Source of the DNA: Dehalococcoidia bacterium
Lineage (GTDB): Bacteria > Chloroflexota > Dehalococcoidia > UBA2979
NCBI GenBank assembly: GCA_965219085.1
Contig: OZ244720.1
Coordinates: 2,880,001 to 2,944,000, forward strand
Reading direction: 5' to 3'
Length of the DNA stretch: 64,000 nucleotides
Shown here in pieces: positions 1-10,634 of this stretch. The notes under the pieces are model-generated. The model worked only from the letters and a program-made list of their open reading frames with translations, had not been told where the DNA came from and ran no database searches. Both the position numbers and the translations under genes were made by a program. Position 1 is the first letter of the stretch, and each line of letters starts with the position of its first letter.

Positions 1-4
1 ACCG

Positions 5-433
5 CTACCGCGCTTTGCGAGAGGCGAACCAGCGCCGGATGCGCGTTGCGAGGGTCTCGGAGGGGTACGAGATCGTGCGGCCTCGCCACTGCTTCGAGCG
101 GGCGGCGCCGCCCTTGGCGCCGCCGAAGACCAGCAGCGCGCCGCTGGCGACGAGGAGCGCCACCCCGGCGAACAGCACCCACTGTCCGAGTCCGAACCCG
201 CGGAAGAAGAACGACCCGAGGATCAACAGGAAGCTCAGCAGCACCAAGTGCGAGAGCGAGATCCTCGACAGCTCGCGGGCGACGGCGCGTTGACGCGCGG
301 AGACCTGGTCGGCGACGCGGCGCAGGTGGCGCTTGAACGCGCGGTTGCGGCGTCGCTCGGGTGTGGGGAACTGCTCGATCTTGTCGAGGATCTCGTTGAT
401 CTCGCGCTCGAGCCGGTCTTTGTCGTCGGCCAT
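5..433 (-). CDS. Hypothetical membrane protein (charged N-terminal helix, two TM segments)
   Basis: 142-aa ORF MADDKDRLEREINEILDKIE with two hydrophobic segments; follows hydantoinase B on the same strand. Confidence 0.7.
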   Translation of the reverse strand: MADDKDRLEREINEILDKIEQFPTPERRRNRAFKRHLRRVADQVSARQRAVARELSRISLSHLVLLSFLLILGSFFFRGFGLGQWVLFAGVALLVASGALLVFGGAKGGAARSKQWRGRTISYPSETLATRIRRWFASRKAR

Positions 434-490
434 GGGTAAGTCCCCGTCGCGACGCTCATTGTAGCAGTCGGCAGGTGCGCTGGGCGGTCG

Positions 491-2101
491 CTACGCCTGG
501 ATCCCCCACCCGCCGCCGCCCGGCGTCTCGACGCGCACGCGGTCGCCGGGCTCGACCTCGACCTGCGCGCGCGCAGGCAGCTCGTGCGTCGACCCGTCGG
601 CGCGCACGAGCACGTTGCGGCCCGGCTCGCCGTCAGCGCCGCCGGCGAGGCCCCATGGCGCGAAGCGACGTCGCTCGGTGACGAGCGTGACTGTCGCGCG
701 GTCGTGGAACGCGTACTCGCGCACCAGGCCGTCGCCGCCACGGTGCAGGCCGTCGCCGCCCGACCCGGCGCGCACCTCGTAGCGCTCGACCGTGAACGGG
801 TAGGCGAGGGGCAGCGCCTCGACGGGCGTGTTCATGGTGTTCGTCATGTGCGTGTGGACGGCCGGACGCCCCTCGCGCCGAGGGCCGCCGCCCGCGCCGC
901 CCGCAATCGTCTCGTAGTACGCGTACGGGCGGCCGCGCGCGCGGTCGTAGCCGCCGATGGTGACGTTGTTCATCGTGCCCTGCGAGGCCGCGGGGATGCG
1001 CTCGGGCAGCGCGGCCGCGAGCGCGCCGAGCGCGACGTCCGTGATGCGCTGGGAGGTCTCGACGTTGCCAGCGGACACCGCGCGCGGCGGCCCCGCCGCG
1101 ACCACCGAGCGCTCCGGCAGCGTGAAGCGCACCGGACGGTAGCAGCCCTCGTTGGTGGGCACGTCGGGGCCGGCGAGGCAGCGGATCACGTAGTAGCAGG
1201 CCGAGCGCGTCACGGCGGCGACCGCGTTGAGCGAGGAGCGCTCGCTCTCCGGGTCGGTGCCCGTGAAGTCGAAGTGCACCGCGTCGCCGTCGACGGTGAC
1301 GGCGAGCCGGATCGCGAGCCCTTCGGCCTCGCGGCCAGGCGGACCGTCCTCGAGGCGGTCCTGGAAGCGGTACGTGCCGTCGGGGATGCCTGCGATGACG
1401 GCGCGGATGCTGCGCTCGCCGTGGTCGAGGAGCGCGGCGTAGCGCTGCGCCAGGCCGTCCTCGCCGAAGCGCTCGGCGGCCGCCCGCACGCGCCGCGCGC
1501 CGAGGGCGGTCGCCGCGAGCTGCGCGCGCAAGTCGCCTCGGCGCTCGTCCGGGGCGCGCGAGTTGCGCACGAACAGCGCGAGCGCCGACTCCTCGGGCAC
1601 GCCGGCGCGCACGAGCCGGATCGGCGGCACGACGAGGCCCTCCTGCAGCAACTCGGTCGCGACCGGCATCGAGCCCGGCGCCATCCCGCCGATGTCGGCG
1701 TGGTGGGCGCGCGTCGCGACGAACCCGATCAGCGCGCCGGACGCGCCGAAGACGGGCGCGACCGTCGTGAGGTCGGGCAGGTGTGTGCCGCCGAGGAACG
1801 GGTCGTTGACCGCGCAGACGTCGCCGGGCTCGAACGGCCCGAGCTCCATCACCGCCAGCACCGACGCGGGCATCGACCCGAGGTGTACGGGCATATGCGC
1901 CGCCTGCGCGACCATCGCACCATCGGGGTCGAAGACCGCGCACGAGAAGTCGCGCCGCTCCTTGATGTTCGGCGAGTACGCGGTGCGCCCCAGCGCCTCG
2001 CCCATCTCCTCGGCGATCGAGGACAAGACGGCGTCGGCGATGGCGAGGTCGGCGGCGGAGAGCGCGTCGAGGGGCGCCGGTCGGCCGCGTCCCGTGGTCA
2101 T
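491..2101 (-). CDS. Hydantoinase B / 5-oxoprolinase beta subunit
   Basis: Motifs SPNIKERRDFSC, HMPVHLGSM, NDPFLGGTHLPD, ETPGGGGWG; ATG at 2101 overlaps the upstream stop (ATGA). Confidence 0.92.
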   Translation of the reverse strand: MTTGRGRPAPLDALSAADLAIADAVLSSIAEEMGEALGRTAYSPNIKERRDFSCAVFDPDGAMVAQAAHMPVHLGSMPASVLAVMELGPFEPGDVCAVNDPFLGGTHLPDLTTVAPVFGASGALIGFVATRAHHADIGGMAPGSMPVATELLQEGLVVPPIRLVRAGVPEESALALFVRNSRAPDERRGDLRAQLAATALGARRVRAAAERFGEDGLAQRYAALLDHGERSIRAVIAGIPDGTYRFQDRLEDGPPGREAEGLAIRLAVTVDGDAVHFDFTGTDPESERSSLNAVAAVTRSACYYVIRCLAGPDVPTNEGCYRPVRFTLPERSVVAAGPPRAVSAGNVETSQRITDVALGALAAALPERIPAASQGTMNNVTIGGYDRARGRPYAYYETIAGGAGGGPRREGRPAVHTHMTNTMNTPVEALPLAYPFTVERYEVRAGSGGDGLHRGGDGLVREYAFHDRATVTLVTERRRFAPWGLAGGADGEPGRNVLVRADGSTHELPARAQVEVEPGDRVRVETPGGGGWGIQA

Positions 2102-4083
2102 CGTCGCTCCAGCAGCAGGTTGCCTTGATCGTCCACCGTCGCCGCCCAGCCAGGCGCGATCACCGTCGTCGAGTCGAGCTGCGCGACCAGCGCGGGGCCA
2201 TCGAGGCGGTCGCCGGGGCGCAGCGACGCGCGGTCGACGAGCTGCGCGGACTGCGCGTGGCCGTCGAACCACGCCTCGACGGCGGCGGGCGCGGCGCCCT
2301 CGGCGTCGAACGCGGGCTCCGGCGCGGTCGCGCCCGTGGCGGCGCGCGCCGTCGCGCGCACGTTCACCACCTCGAGAGGCGCCGAGGCGTCCTGGTGCGC
2401 GAAGCGCGCTTCGTGCAGCGCGTGGAAGTCGGTCCGGGCGCGCTCGAACGCTTCGGCGGACTCGATGCCGTCGAGGTCCACGGTCAGCTCGTAGGACTGG
2501 CCGAGGTAGCGGACGTCGAGCGCCCAGTGCAGGTCGGCGCCGGGCCGGTCGAGTTGCTCGGCCGCCTCGCGCCCGGCTGCGGCGAGCGCGTCGCGTAGTG
2601 CGCCCGCAGCGGACGGGTCGAGGGGGAGCAGCACTGATCGGGCCAAGGTCGCCGTGAGATCGCTACCCGCCGCGCCGAGCGCGGCGATGACGCCGGGCGC
2701 CATCGGCACGAGCACCCGTGGCACGTCGACGGCGTCGGCGAGCGCGCAGGCGTGGAGCGGCCCCGCGCCGCCGAACGCGACGAGCGTGAACTCGCGAGGG
2801 TCGAAGCCGCGCTGCACCGAGACCACGCGCAGCGCGCGCTCCATGTTCGCCACGGCCACGTCGAGCACGGCCTGCGCGGCGCGCTCGATCTCGCCGCCGA
2901 ACGCGCCCGCGACGTTCGACGCGGCCTGGCGCGAGCGTTCGGCGTCGAGCGCCATCGCGCCGCCGAGCAGGCCCGCGGGCGGCAGCCGGCCGAGCAACAG
3001 GTTGGCGTCGGTGATCGTGAAGTCCTCGCCGCGGCCGTAGGCGGCGGGGCCGGGGTCGGCGCCGGCCGACTGCGGGCCGACGTGGAGCGCGCCGCCGGCG
3101 TCGAGGCGCGCGATCGAGCCGCCGCCCGCGCCGACCGTGTGCACGTCGACGGCGGGAGTGCGCGCGGGCAGCCCGGCCACTTCGATGTCCGCGCGGGCGG
3201 GCAGCGTGCCGTCACAGAGCGCGACATCGGTGGAGGTGCCGCCCATGTCGAAGGTGATGACGCGGTCGAAGCCCGCGCGTCGTGCGATCTGGAACGCGCC
3301 CGCGACGCCGGCGGCCGGGCCGGAGAGCAGCGTCGCCACCGGCAGCGCCGAGGCGCGCTGTGGTGTCGCCGAGCCGCCATCGGACTGCACGACGCGCAGC
3401 GTCCCGGCGCCCCGCTCAGCCAGGCCTGCCTCGAGGCGGGCGAGGTACGCCGACATGACCGGGCCGACGTACGCGTTGAGCACCGTCGTCGCGGTGCGCT
3501 CGACCTCGCGGTACTCGGGTGAGACGCGCGAGGAGAGCGAGACGTAGAGCCCGGCCTCGGCCGCGAGGTCCTCGAAGCGCCGTTCGTGCTCGCCGTTGGC
3601 GTACGCGTAGAGCAGCGAGACGGCGAGCGCCTCCGCGTCCGCGTCCACCGCCGCCTGCACGAGCGCGCGCACCTCGGCCTCATCGGCGGAGCGCTCGACG
3701 GAGCCGTCAGGCCGGAGTCGCGCACTCAGCTCCAGCCGGCGCTCGCTCGGGACGAGGGGGTCGGGCGTGACGGGTTCGAGGTCGTAGATGTCGGGCCGGG
3801 TCTGGCGGCCGATGATGAGCAGGTCGCGCATGCCCTCGGTCGCGACGAGCGCCGTGCGCGCGCCGCGCCGCTGGATCACGGTGTTCGTCGCCACTGTCGA
3901 GCCGTGGACGACGAGGTCAGGCGCGACGCCGAGTACGTCGATGCCGGCGAGCACGGCGCGCGAGGGGTCGTCGGGTGTCGAGGGGCGTTTGTGCAGCTCG
4001 ACGGCGCCGTCGCGCCAGAGCACGAAGTCGGTGAAGGTGCCGCCGACGTCGACGCCCAGCAGGGCGGAGCCGTGCTCACCCAT
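2098..4083 (-). CDS. Hydantoinase A / 5-oxoprolinase alpha subunit (ATP-dependent)
   Basis: GVDVGGTFTD, HGSTVATN, LSGPAAG, FDMGGTSTD, GPQSAGADPGP motifs. Confidence 0.93.
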   Translation of the reverse strand: MGEHGSALLGVDVGGTFTDFVLWRDGAVELHKRPSTPDDPSRAVLAGIDVLGVAPDLVVHGSTVATNTVIQRRGARTALVATEGMRDLLIIGRQTRPDIYDLEPVTPDPLVPSERRLELSARLRPDGSVERSADEAEVRALVQAAVDADAEALAVSLLYAYANGEHERRFEDLAAEAGLYVSLSSRVSPEYREVERTATTVLNAYVGPVMSAYLARLEAGLAERGAGTLRVVQSDGGSATPQRASALPVATLLSGPAAGVAGAFQIARRAGFDRVITFDMGGTSTDVALCDGTLPARADIEVAGLPARTPAVDVHTVGAGGGSIARLDAGGALHVGPQSAGADPGPAAYGRGEDFTITDANLLLGRLPPAGLLGGAMALDAERSRQAASNVAGAFGGEIERAAQAVLDVAVANMERALRVVSVQRGFDPREFTLVAFGGAGPLHACALADAVDVPRVLVPMAPGVIAALGAAGSDLTATLARSVLLPLDPSAAGALRDALAAAGREAAEQLDRPGADLHWALDVRYLGQSYELTVDLDGIESAEAFERARTDFHALHEARFAHQDASAPLEVVNVRATARAATGATAPEPAFDAEGAAPAAVEAWFDGHAQSAQLVDRASLRPGDRLDGPALVAQLDSTTVIAPGWAATVDDQGNLLLERR

Positions 4084-4277
4084 CGCTGCTGGCAATGGTG
4101 GCGATGGCAGGGGCGCGGCTCGGCGTCATGGCTGCATCGTACCAGCGCCCGCGCGCGCATCGCGCGCGCATCGGAGCCGTACAGCGCGTGGCTTGACCCT
4201 GCCACGGCGACGCGGATAGCGTGGGTTGCCGGCGCGCACGCGCCCCTCGACGCGAGCACACACGGGAGACCGATTCG

Positions 4278-4961
4278 ATGCCAGATCGATACTCAGTGAC
4301 TGCACGGTCGGTGTTGGGCAAGCGCGCCAAGCGGCTGCGCTGGGACGGCATCTTGCCGGGCAACGTCTACGGCCGTGGCCTCGAGTCGGTGGCGGTGCAA
4401 CTTCCGTACCGCGGGGCCGAGACCATCATGTCCGAGCACGGCCTGAGCTCGCTCATTGAGATCGAGATCGAGGGCGAGGACACGGTGCGGCCCGTGGTGG
4501 TGCGCGCCGTGCAGCGCCACCCGCTGACGCGCGAACTACAGCACCTCGACTTCTACCAGGTGGACCTGTCGCGGCTGATGCAGGCGATGGTGCCGATCAC
4601 GGTGACCGGCGAGGCGCCCGCGGTGCACACCTACCAGGGCGTCGTGATCACCGGCGCGGACCACGTCTCGGTGCAGGCACTCCCCGCCGACATTCCCGGC
4701 CACCTGGAGATCAACATCGACGGGCTCGAGGAGCTGGACGACCAGCTCACCGTCGCAGACCTCGACCTGCCGGGCGGCATCTCGTTACTGACCGAGCCCG
4801 ACATCATGATCGTCCGCGTCCAGCGCCCCCGGAAGATCGAGGACGCCGTCGAGGAAGCCGAACTGCTCGAAGGCGAAGAGGGCGAGCTCGCCGAGGGCGA
4901 GGAGGCTCTGGACGGCGAGGACTCCGAAGGCGACAGCGAGGAGCGAGCCGCTCCTCGCTAA
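4278..4961 (+). CDS. rplY: 50S ribosomal protein L25 / Ctc
   Basis: GKRAKRLRWDGILPGNVYG, VQRHPLTRELQHLDFY, C-terminal beta domain and acidic tail; GGAG RBS before ATG 4278. Confidence 0.93.
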   Translation: MPDRYSVTARSVLGKRAKRLRWDGILPGNVYGRGLESVAVQLPYRGAETIMSEHGLSSLIEIEIEGEDTVRPVVVRAVQRHPLTRELQHLDFYQVDLSRLMQAMVPITVTGEAPAVHTYQGVVITGADHVSVQALPADIPGHLEINIDGLEELDDQLTVADLDLPGGISLLTEPDIMIVRVQRPRKIEDAVEEAELLEGEEGELAEGEEALDGEDSEGDSEERAAPR

Positions 4962-6097
4962 GCGTTTCCGGGTTCCACCACGGCCAGCGGCTGCGGCGTC
5001 TTGCCCAGCGCCACGTCCGTGCGGAGTTGCCCGCACGCCGCCGCGATCTCCGCGCCTCGCTCGATGCGTACCGTCGCGTTGATGCCCGCCGCCTGCAGCT
5101 CGCGCTGGAACGCGCGCACGCGGGCCGTCGAGGGGCGTCGCAGGCCCTCGCCCGCCGTCGGGTTGTACGGGATGAGGTTCACGTGCGCGCGCATCCCGCG
5201 CACGCGCGCGGCAAGGCGGCGCGCCTGCTCGGGGGCGTCGTTGACGCCTTCGAGGAGTGCGTAGGCGAACGTGACACGCCGCCCGGTGCGCTCGACGTAC
5301 TCGCGTGAGGCGTCGAGGAGCCCGGCGATCGTCACGCCGCCCGCGGTGGGGATGAGCTGGCGCCGCAAGTCGTCGTCGGGGGCGTGCAGCGAGACGGTGA
5401 GGCCGACCTGCAGTCCCTCGCCGGCGAGGCGGCGGATGGGGCCCTCGAGGCCGACGGTCGAGATCGTGATGCCACGCGCCCGCATGTCGAGGCCGTGCGG
5501 CTCGATGAGCCAACGCACGGCTCGCAGCGTCGGACCGTAGTTCGCGAGCGGCTCGCCCATGCCCATGAACACGACGTTCGAGATGGGTTGATCGGGAGTG
5601 CCGCGGGTGAAGTGCAGCACCTGCGCGAGGATCTCGGCGGTCGTGAGGTTGCGCGTGAAGCCCTGCTGGCCGGTGGCGCAGAAGACGCACCCCATCGCGC
5701 AGCCCGCCTGCGTCGAGACGCAGACGGTGGCGCGGCGGCGCGTGCCCATGACGTGCTCGGACCGCTCCGGGTCGTAGTCCATCCGCACCGCCTCGACGGC
5801 GTCGCCCGCGGAGAACGCAGGTGCGCCGCGCGGCGGATCTCCGAGGCCGAGCAGCACCTTCGTCGTGCCCCCGTCGTCGGCGGCGGTGCGGGCGAGCTCG
5901 GGTGGTGGCGCCAGCGTGTAGGTCTCGGCGAGGCGCGCCCGCAGTTGGAGCGGCAGGTCCGTCATCGCGTCGAACGACGTCACGCCCTCGCGCAGCGCCC
6001 AGCGGGCGATCTGGCGCGAGCGATACGCGGGCTCACCCCACGTGACGAGGCGAGCTTCGATCTCTGCGAGTGAGTCGTCGAGCAGGTGGGCGGGCAC
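4958..6097 (-). CDS. rlmN: 23S rRNA (A2503)/tRNA C2-methyltransferase RlmN
   Basis: CVSTQAGCAMGCVFCATG radical SAM motif, MGMGEP, IAAACGQL. Confidence 0.95.
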   Translation of the reverse strand: MPAHLLDDSLAEIEARLVTWGEPAYRSRQIARWALREGVTSFDAMTDLPLQLRARLAETYTLAPPPELARTAADDGGTTKVLLGLGDPPRGAPAFSAGDAVEAVRMDYDPERSEHVMGTRRRATVCVSTQAGCAMGCVFCATGQQGFTRNLTTAEILAQVLHFTRGTPDQPISNVVFMGMGEPLANYGPTLRAVRWLIEPHGLDMRARGITISTVGLEGPIRRLAGEGLQVGLTVSLHAPDDDLRRQLIPTAGGVTIAGLLDASREYVERTGRRVTFAYALLEGVNDAPEQARRLAARVRGMRAHVNLIPYNPTAGEGLRRPSTARVRAFQRELQAAGINATVRIERGAEIAAACGQLRTDVALGKTPQPLAVVEPGNA

Positions 6098-6122
6098 GGA
6101 TCGAGTCTAGCAGCCGGGCCGG

Positions 6123-7094
6123 CTACGCCTCGCCGCCGAGGCGCGCGCCGATCAGCGCGCGGTCGCCATTGAGGTAGTCCTCGATCTCCAGCGCGCGCCG
6201 GCCCGCGCGCTGCACGCGTAGCAGCGCGAGGCCGCCCTCGCCACACGCCACCACGGCGCGCGCGACGCGGCCGGGCAGCAGGTCGCTCAGCGGCGCGGCG
6301 TTGCCGGCACAGACCTCACCCGGCGCGGCGCTCTCCGGGGCCGCGACGGGCCACGCGGCGTGGATCGTGAACGGCGCGCCGCGGTACGTCGTCGTCGCCT
6401 GCGGCCACGGCTGCATCGCGCGCACGCGCCGCCACAGCTCCTCGGCCGGCCGTGACCAGTCGAGGGCGCCGTCGGCCTTCGCGAGCGTTGGCGCGTACGT
6501 CACGAGCGTCTCGTCCTGCGGCGTCGCCTCGAATTCCCCCTCGACCCACGGCCCGAGGAGCTCGAGCATCCGCCGCGCGCCGAGCTCGGCGATGCGGTCG
6601 GTGAGCGTGGCGGTGTCGTCGAGCGGCTCGATCAGCGTGGCGATCGTGCCCAGCACCGGTCCCGCGTCGAGTTCGCGCACGATCCGCATGATCGTCGCCC
6701 CCGCCTCGGCGTCGCCGGCGAGGATCGCCGCGGCCCCGGGCGACGCCCCCCGGTGCCGCGGCAGCAGCGAGGCGTGCACGTTCAGCACGCCGTGCGGAAA
6801 CGCCTCTAGCAGGTGCGTCGGGAGGATGTGCGCGGATGCGGCGAGGACGCCAACGTCCGCACCGAAGGCGGCGATCTCCGCCGTCTGCTCGCGGCGGATG
6901 CGCTGCGGGGTCAGCACCGGCACGCCCGCGTCGGCGGCGAGGCGCTTCACCGGCGTCGCGACGGCCGTACCGGAGCGCCCACGCGGGCGGTCGGGCTGCG
7001 TGACGGCCGCGACGACCTCGACCTCGGGCGCGTCGAGGAGCCCTCGCAGCGTCGGGAGGGCGTAGTCGGGCGAGCCGAAGAAGACGACGCGCAT
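6123..7094 (-). CDS. fmt: Methionyl-tRNA formyltransferase
   Basis: MRVVFFGSPDYA, TQPDRPRGR, NVHASLLPRHRGASP. Confidence 0.95.
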   Translation of the reverse strand: MRVVFFGSPDYALPTLRGLLDAPEVEVVAAVTQPDRPRGRSGTAVATPVKRLAADAGVPVLTPQRIRREQTAEIAAFGADVGVLAASAHILPTHLLEAFPHGVLNVHASLLPRHRGASPGAAAILAGDAEAGATIMRIVRELDAGPVLGTIATLIEPLDDTATLTDRIAELGARRMLELLGPWVEGEFEATPQDETLVTYAPTLAKADGALDWSRPAEELWRRVRAMQPWPQATTTYRGAPFTIHAAWPVAAPESAAPGEVCAGNAAPLSDLLPGRVARAVVACGEGGLALLRVQRAGRRALEIEDYLNGDRALIGARLGGEA

Positions 7095-7128
7095 CAGCGG
7101 AACCGTAGCAGGGTGGCCGTGGCGGGCG

Positions 7129-7353
7129 TCAGGTGACGGTCACCGCCCACAGCGCAAAGCCGATGAAGACGATCACGACGACGATCGTGAGGCGGTGCAG
7201 CGACTTCTGGATGCCTCGACGCGTGCGGAAGCTCTGATCGGCCCCGCCGAGCGCCGCCCCGAAGCCCGTGCCCTTCACCTGCATGAGCACGATCACGACC
7301 AGGACGATCGCGACGAGGATCTGTGCGATGTGGAGGAAGAAGGTGAGTTCCAT
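7129..7353 (-). CDS. secG: Preprotein translocase subunit SecG
   Basis: 74 aa, two TMs linked by QVKGTGFGAALGG...FRTRRG. Confidence 0.88.
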   Translation of the reverse strand: MELTFFLHIAQILVAIVLVVIVLMQVKGTGFGAALGGADQSFRTRRGIQKSLHRLTIVVVIVFIGFALWAVTVT

Positions 7354-7398
7354 CGTGCTCCGAGGCTAGCCGCCGCGCGCGGCCTGGGGCAACCGCGC

Positions 7399-8799
7399 TC
7401 ACGCCTCGGCGGTGGTGGAGGGCGCCTGGATGCGCAGGTCGCGCTCGTAGTACTGGCGCATCACGGCCGCCGCCAGCCGTTCCGAGTCGTGGCGGTAGCG
7501 GTGCTCCGGGTCGACGAGGTCGGCGAGCACGAGCCGCGCGCCGGCGTAGTCGGCGTCGCCCGGGGCGAGCACAGCCTCGGACTGCCACTCCGGCGGCAGG
7601 GGCTCGGCCGGCAGGTTGCTGTTGGCGAGCACCACATCGGCGACGTCGTCGCGGTCGAGGTGGCGGCGGATCGCGGCGTAGTGGTCGGCGGCGTTGAACG
7701 CGTCCGTCTCGCCGTGCTGCGTCGCGACGTTGGAGACGTAGACCTTGTGCGCCCTGGACGCCTCAACGGCCTCGGCCAGCCCAGGCACCATCAGGTTCGG
7801 CAGCACCGAGGTGTAGAGCGAACCGGGGCCGATCACGATCAGGTCGGCGGCGAGCAGCGCCGCGACCACTTCGCCGTTGACGGGCGCCTGCGCGGGCTCG
7901 ATGAAGACCTGCTCGATGGGCGACCCGGCCTCAGGCAGGGCGGATTCGCCGTGGACGACCGAACCGTCTGCGAGGCGCGCGCCGAGCGTGATGTTGGCGA
8001 GCGTCGAGGGCAGGATGCGCCCGCGCACGGCGAGCACGCGCGAGGTCTCGCGGATGGCGACCTCCATGTTCCCGGTGACCTCCGACATGGCGACGATGAA
8101 GAGGTTGCCGAAGGAGTGTCCGGCGATGCCGTGGCCGGCGTCGTCGCCGAAGCGGTACTGGAACAGTCGCGTCACGAGCGGCTCGGCGTCGGCGAGCGCG
8201 GCGATGCAGTTACGGATGTCGCCCGGCGGGATCACGTTGAGGTCGCGGCGCAGGACGCCGCTCGACCCGCCGTCGTCGGCGACGGTGACGATCGCGCTGA
8301 TGTTGCCGGTGTAGCTCTTGAGCCCGCGCAGCAGCGTCGAGAGGCCCGTGCCGCCGCCGATGACGGCGATCTTGGGGCCCCGGTCCTGGGTCCGCTGCTG
8401 CCAGATGCGGCTCACGAGGTCCTCGCCATCGCGGAGGGGGATGACGGCGCTGACGATGGAGCGGTTGAGTTTCCACGTCGCGATCACGGTGACGACGGTG
8501 GCCGTGGAGATGAACAGCAGCCCGCGCACCCATCGCGGAAGGAACTGCAGCGTCGCGGTACCGACCCAGTCGGGGAAGGCGTAGGTGACGTAGACCTCGC
8601 GCAGCAGGTAGGCGATGCCCAGCGCCATGAGCACGACGCCGAGCAGAATCAGGAGCAGCCAGCGCTTGATGTGGAGGCCGACGTACAGCCACTTGGCGAA
8701 GCTCGTGCGGCTCACGCGCACTCCCGACCACCCCGCCCGAGCATCATCGTCGGGCGCACCGAGCCAGCGATCAAGCCACGATCGCAATATCCGTTTCAT
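7399..8799 (-). CDS. yvcK: YvcK/GlmR (CofD-related) family protein with N-terminal TM region
   Basis: IGGGTGLSTLLRGLK, VTVADDGGSSG, PPGDIRNC, GHSFGNL, GPGSLYTS; exact start uncertain. Confidence 0.9.
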   Translation of the reverse strand: MKRILRSWLDRWLGAPDDDARAGWSGVRVSRTSFAKWLYVGLHIKRWLLLILLGVVLMALGIAYLLREVYVTYAFPDWVGTATLQFLPRWVRGLLFISTATVVTVIATWKLNRSIVSAVIPLRDGEDLVSRIWQQRTQDRGPKIAVIGGGTGLSTLLRGLKSYTGNISAIVTVADDGGSSGVLRRDLNVIPPGDIRNCIAALADAEPLVTRLFQYRFGDDAGHGIAGHSFGNLFIVAMSEVTGNMEVAIRETSRVLAVRGRILPSTLANITLGARLADGSVVHGESALPEAGSPIEQVFIEPAQAPVNGEVVAALLAADLIVIGPGSLYTSVLPNLMVPGLAEAVEASRAHKVYVSNVATQHGETDAFNAADHYAAIRRHLDRDDVADVVLANSNLPAEPLPPEWQSEAVLAPGDADYAGARLVLADLVDPEHRYRHDSERLAAAVMRQYYERDLRIQAPSTTAEA

Positions 8800-8801
8800 G
8801 G

Positions 8802-10316
8802 TCAGGCGTCGAGCACGGCGCGCAGCGCGGCCTGCGCTTCGTTCGGGTCGGCGCGGCCGCGCGTCTCGCGCATCACCTGGCCGACGAGGAACTTGATTGC
8901 GCTGTCCTTGCCGCCCTGGTAGTCGGCGACCGGCTTCGGGTTCGCTTCGATGACCCCGGCGGCGATGCGCGCGATCTCAGCGTCGTCGCGCACCTGGCCC
9001 AGCCCGCGCTCCTCGACGATCGCGCCGGGCATGTCGCCCGACTCGAACGCTGCGGCGAGGACCTCTTTGGCGGTAGCCGCTGTGATCGTGCCCGCTTCGG
9101 TGAGGCGTACAAGCTCGGCGATGTGGCCCGGCGTCAGCTTCGTGTCCGTCAGCTCGGCGTCGCCGGGGAGTTCATTGAGCAGTGCGGCCACGTCGCCGAT
9201 GAACCACAGCGCCACCGGCCGCGCGCGTGCGGCGCGCTCCGCGTCGTCGTCGCCACCGGCGACGGCGACCGCCGTCTCGTAGGCATCGGCGCGGGCGCGC
9301 GTCTCGACGAGGATGCGCGCCTCGTCCGCCGAAAGTCCGTAGTCGGCCTCGAAGCGTGCGCGCCGGGCGTCCGGCAACTCCGGCAGGCGCTCGCGCAGCG
9401 CCTCGGTGCGTTCGGACGTGATCGAGAGCGGCGGGAGGTCGGGCTCGGGGAAGTAACGGTAGTCGTGCGCCTCTTCCTTCGAGCGCTGGCTGACCGTGTG
9501 GCCGGTCGCGTCGATGTAGCCGCGGGTCTCCTGCTCGATCGAGCCACCGCCGTCGAGGATTGCGGCCTGGCGTCCGATCTCGAACTCGATGGCGCGCTGC
9601 ACGGCGCGGAACGAGTTCATGTTCTTGATCTCGACCTTCGACCCGAGCGGCGCGCCGTACCGCCGCAGCGAGATGTTGGCGTCGCAGCGGAACGAGCCCT
9701 TCTCCATGTCGGCGTCGGAGACCTCGAGGTAGCGCAGCGTCTGGCGCAGCTTGCGCAGGTAGGCAACGGCCTCGGCCGCCGAGTGCATGTCCGGCGTTGA
9801 GACCATCTCCATCAGCGGCACGCCCGAGCGGTTCACGTCGAGGAGGGAGTAGCCGCCGCCTGCCTCCCCGGGCTGCGCTTCGCGGTGGAGCAGCCGCGCG
9901 GTGTCCTCCTCGAGGTGGATGCGCTCGAGCTGGATCTCACGCTCCTCGCCGTCTGTCTCGATGCGCACGGTTCCGCCGACGCAGAAGGGCTGGTCGTACT
10001 GCGAGATCTGGTAGCCCTTCATGAGGTCCGGGTAGGGGTAGTTCTTGCGGTCGAACTTGGAGTGCTCGGGGATCTCGGAGCCGAGGGCGAGGCCGGTGAG
10101 GATCGTGTGGTCGACGGCCGCGCGGTTGATCACCGGCAGCACCCCCGGCATGCCGAGGCAGACCGCGCAGACGCGGGTGTTGGGATCCGCGGCGAAGTAG
10201 TCGCTGGCGCAGTCGCAGAACATCTTCGAGCGCGTGCGCAACTGCGCGTGCACCTCGAGGCCGATGACGACCTCGTAGCCGGTGGCGCTTGCCGCGGGTG
10301 CGGCGTCGGTGGTCAT
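8802..10316 (-). CDS. gatB: Asp/Glu-tRNA amidotransferase subunit B
   Basis: [40 protein letters not shown]. Confidence 0.96.
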   Translation of the reverse strand: MTTDAAPAASATGYEVVIGLEVHAQLRTRSKMFCDCASDYFAADPNTRVCAVCLGMPGVLPVINRAAVDHTILTGLALGSEIPEHSKFDRKNYPYPDLMKGYQISQYDQPFCVGGTVRIETDGEEREIQLERIHLEEDTARLLHREAQPGEAGGGYSLLDVNRSGVPLMEMVSTPDMHSAAEAVAYLRKLRQTLRYLEVSDADMEKGSFRCDANISLRRYGAPLGSKVEIKNMNSFRAVQRAIEFEIGRQAAILDGGGSIEQETRGYIDATGHTVSQRSKEEAHDYRYFPEPDLPPLSITSERTEALRERLPELPDARRARFEADYGLSADEARILVETRARADAYETAVAVAGGDDDAERAARARPVALWFIGDVAALLNELPGDAELTDTKLTPGHIAELVRLTEAGTITAATAKEVLAAAFESGDMPGAIVEERGLGQVRDDAEIARIAAGVIEANPKPVADYQGGKDSAIKFLVGQVMRETRGRADPNEAQAALRAVLDA

Positions 10317-10400
10317 GGGCGCTCCATTCGGCGTCGGCAGGGACGAGCGGCGCGCGAAGGCGCGCTCACCTGCATGAGGTGCGTTCCATGCCAGAGGATA

Positions 10401-10570
10401 CGGGAGTGCCGATCAACGCGGACCGTGCAACACCAATCGCCTGAACCGGGGTGCAGCGAGAAGCGAGCCGGGAGAGGGTGACACCCTCGGCGGTGCAGGC
10501 TCCGCCGCTCGCAGCGCGAAACACCCCGGGGCGTGGCCCCGGCAGCGCCCCGGCGAGCGACGGCCCTGCA
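10401..10570 (+). ncRNA. Structured intergenic RNA, 6S RNA (SsrS)-like candidate
   Basis: Nested pairings CCGGGGTG/CACCCCGG, GCGAG/CTCGC, GAGCC/GGCTC and apical GAGGGTG-A-CACCCTC; alternative hairpin CCGGGGC-GTG-GCCCCGG; CGACGGC near the 3' end; ends and strand tentative. Confidence 0.45.
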
Positions 10571-10578
10571 TGCTGGTT

Positions 10579-10610
10579 TGCCGCGCACCCGGTGTGCTGG
10601 GCGCGCGGCA
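10579..10610. terminator. GC-rich hairpin between converging ncRNA candidate and YHS gene
   Basis: TGCCGCGC(10579-86)...GCGCGGCA(10603-10) stem; no strong U-tract. Confidence 0.45.
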
Positions 10611-10634
10611 GGCCAGCGCCGAACTGACCTCCGG

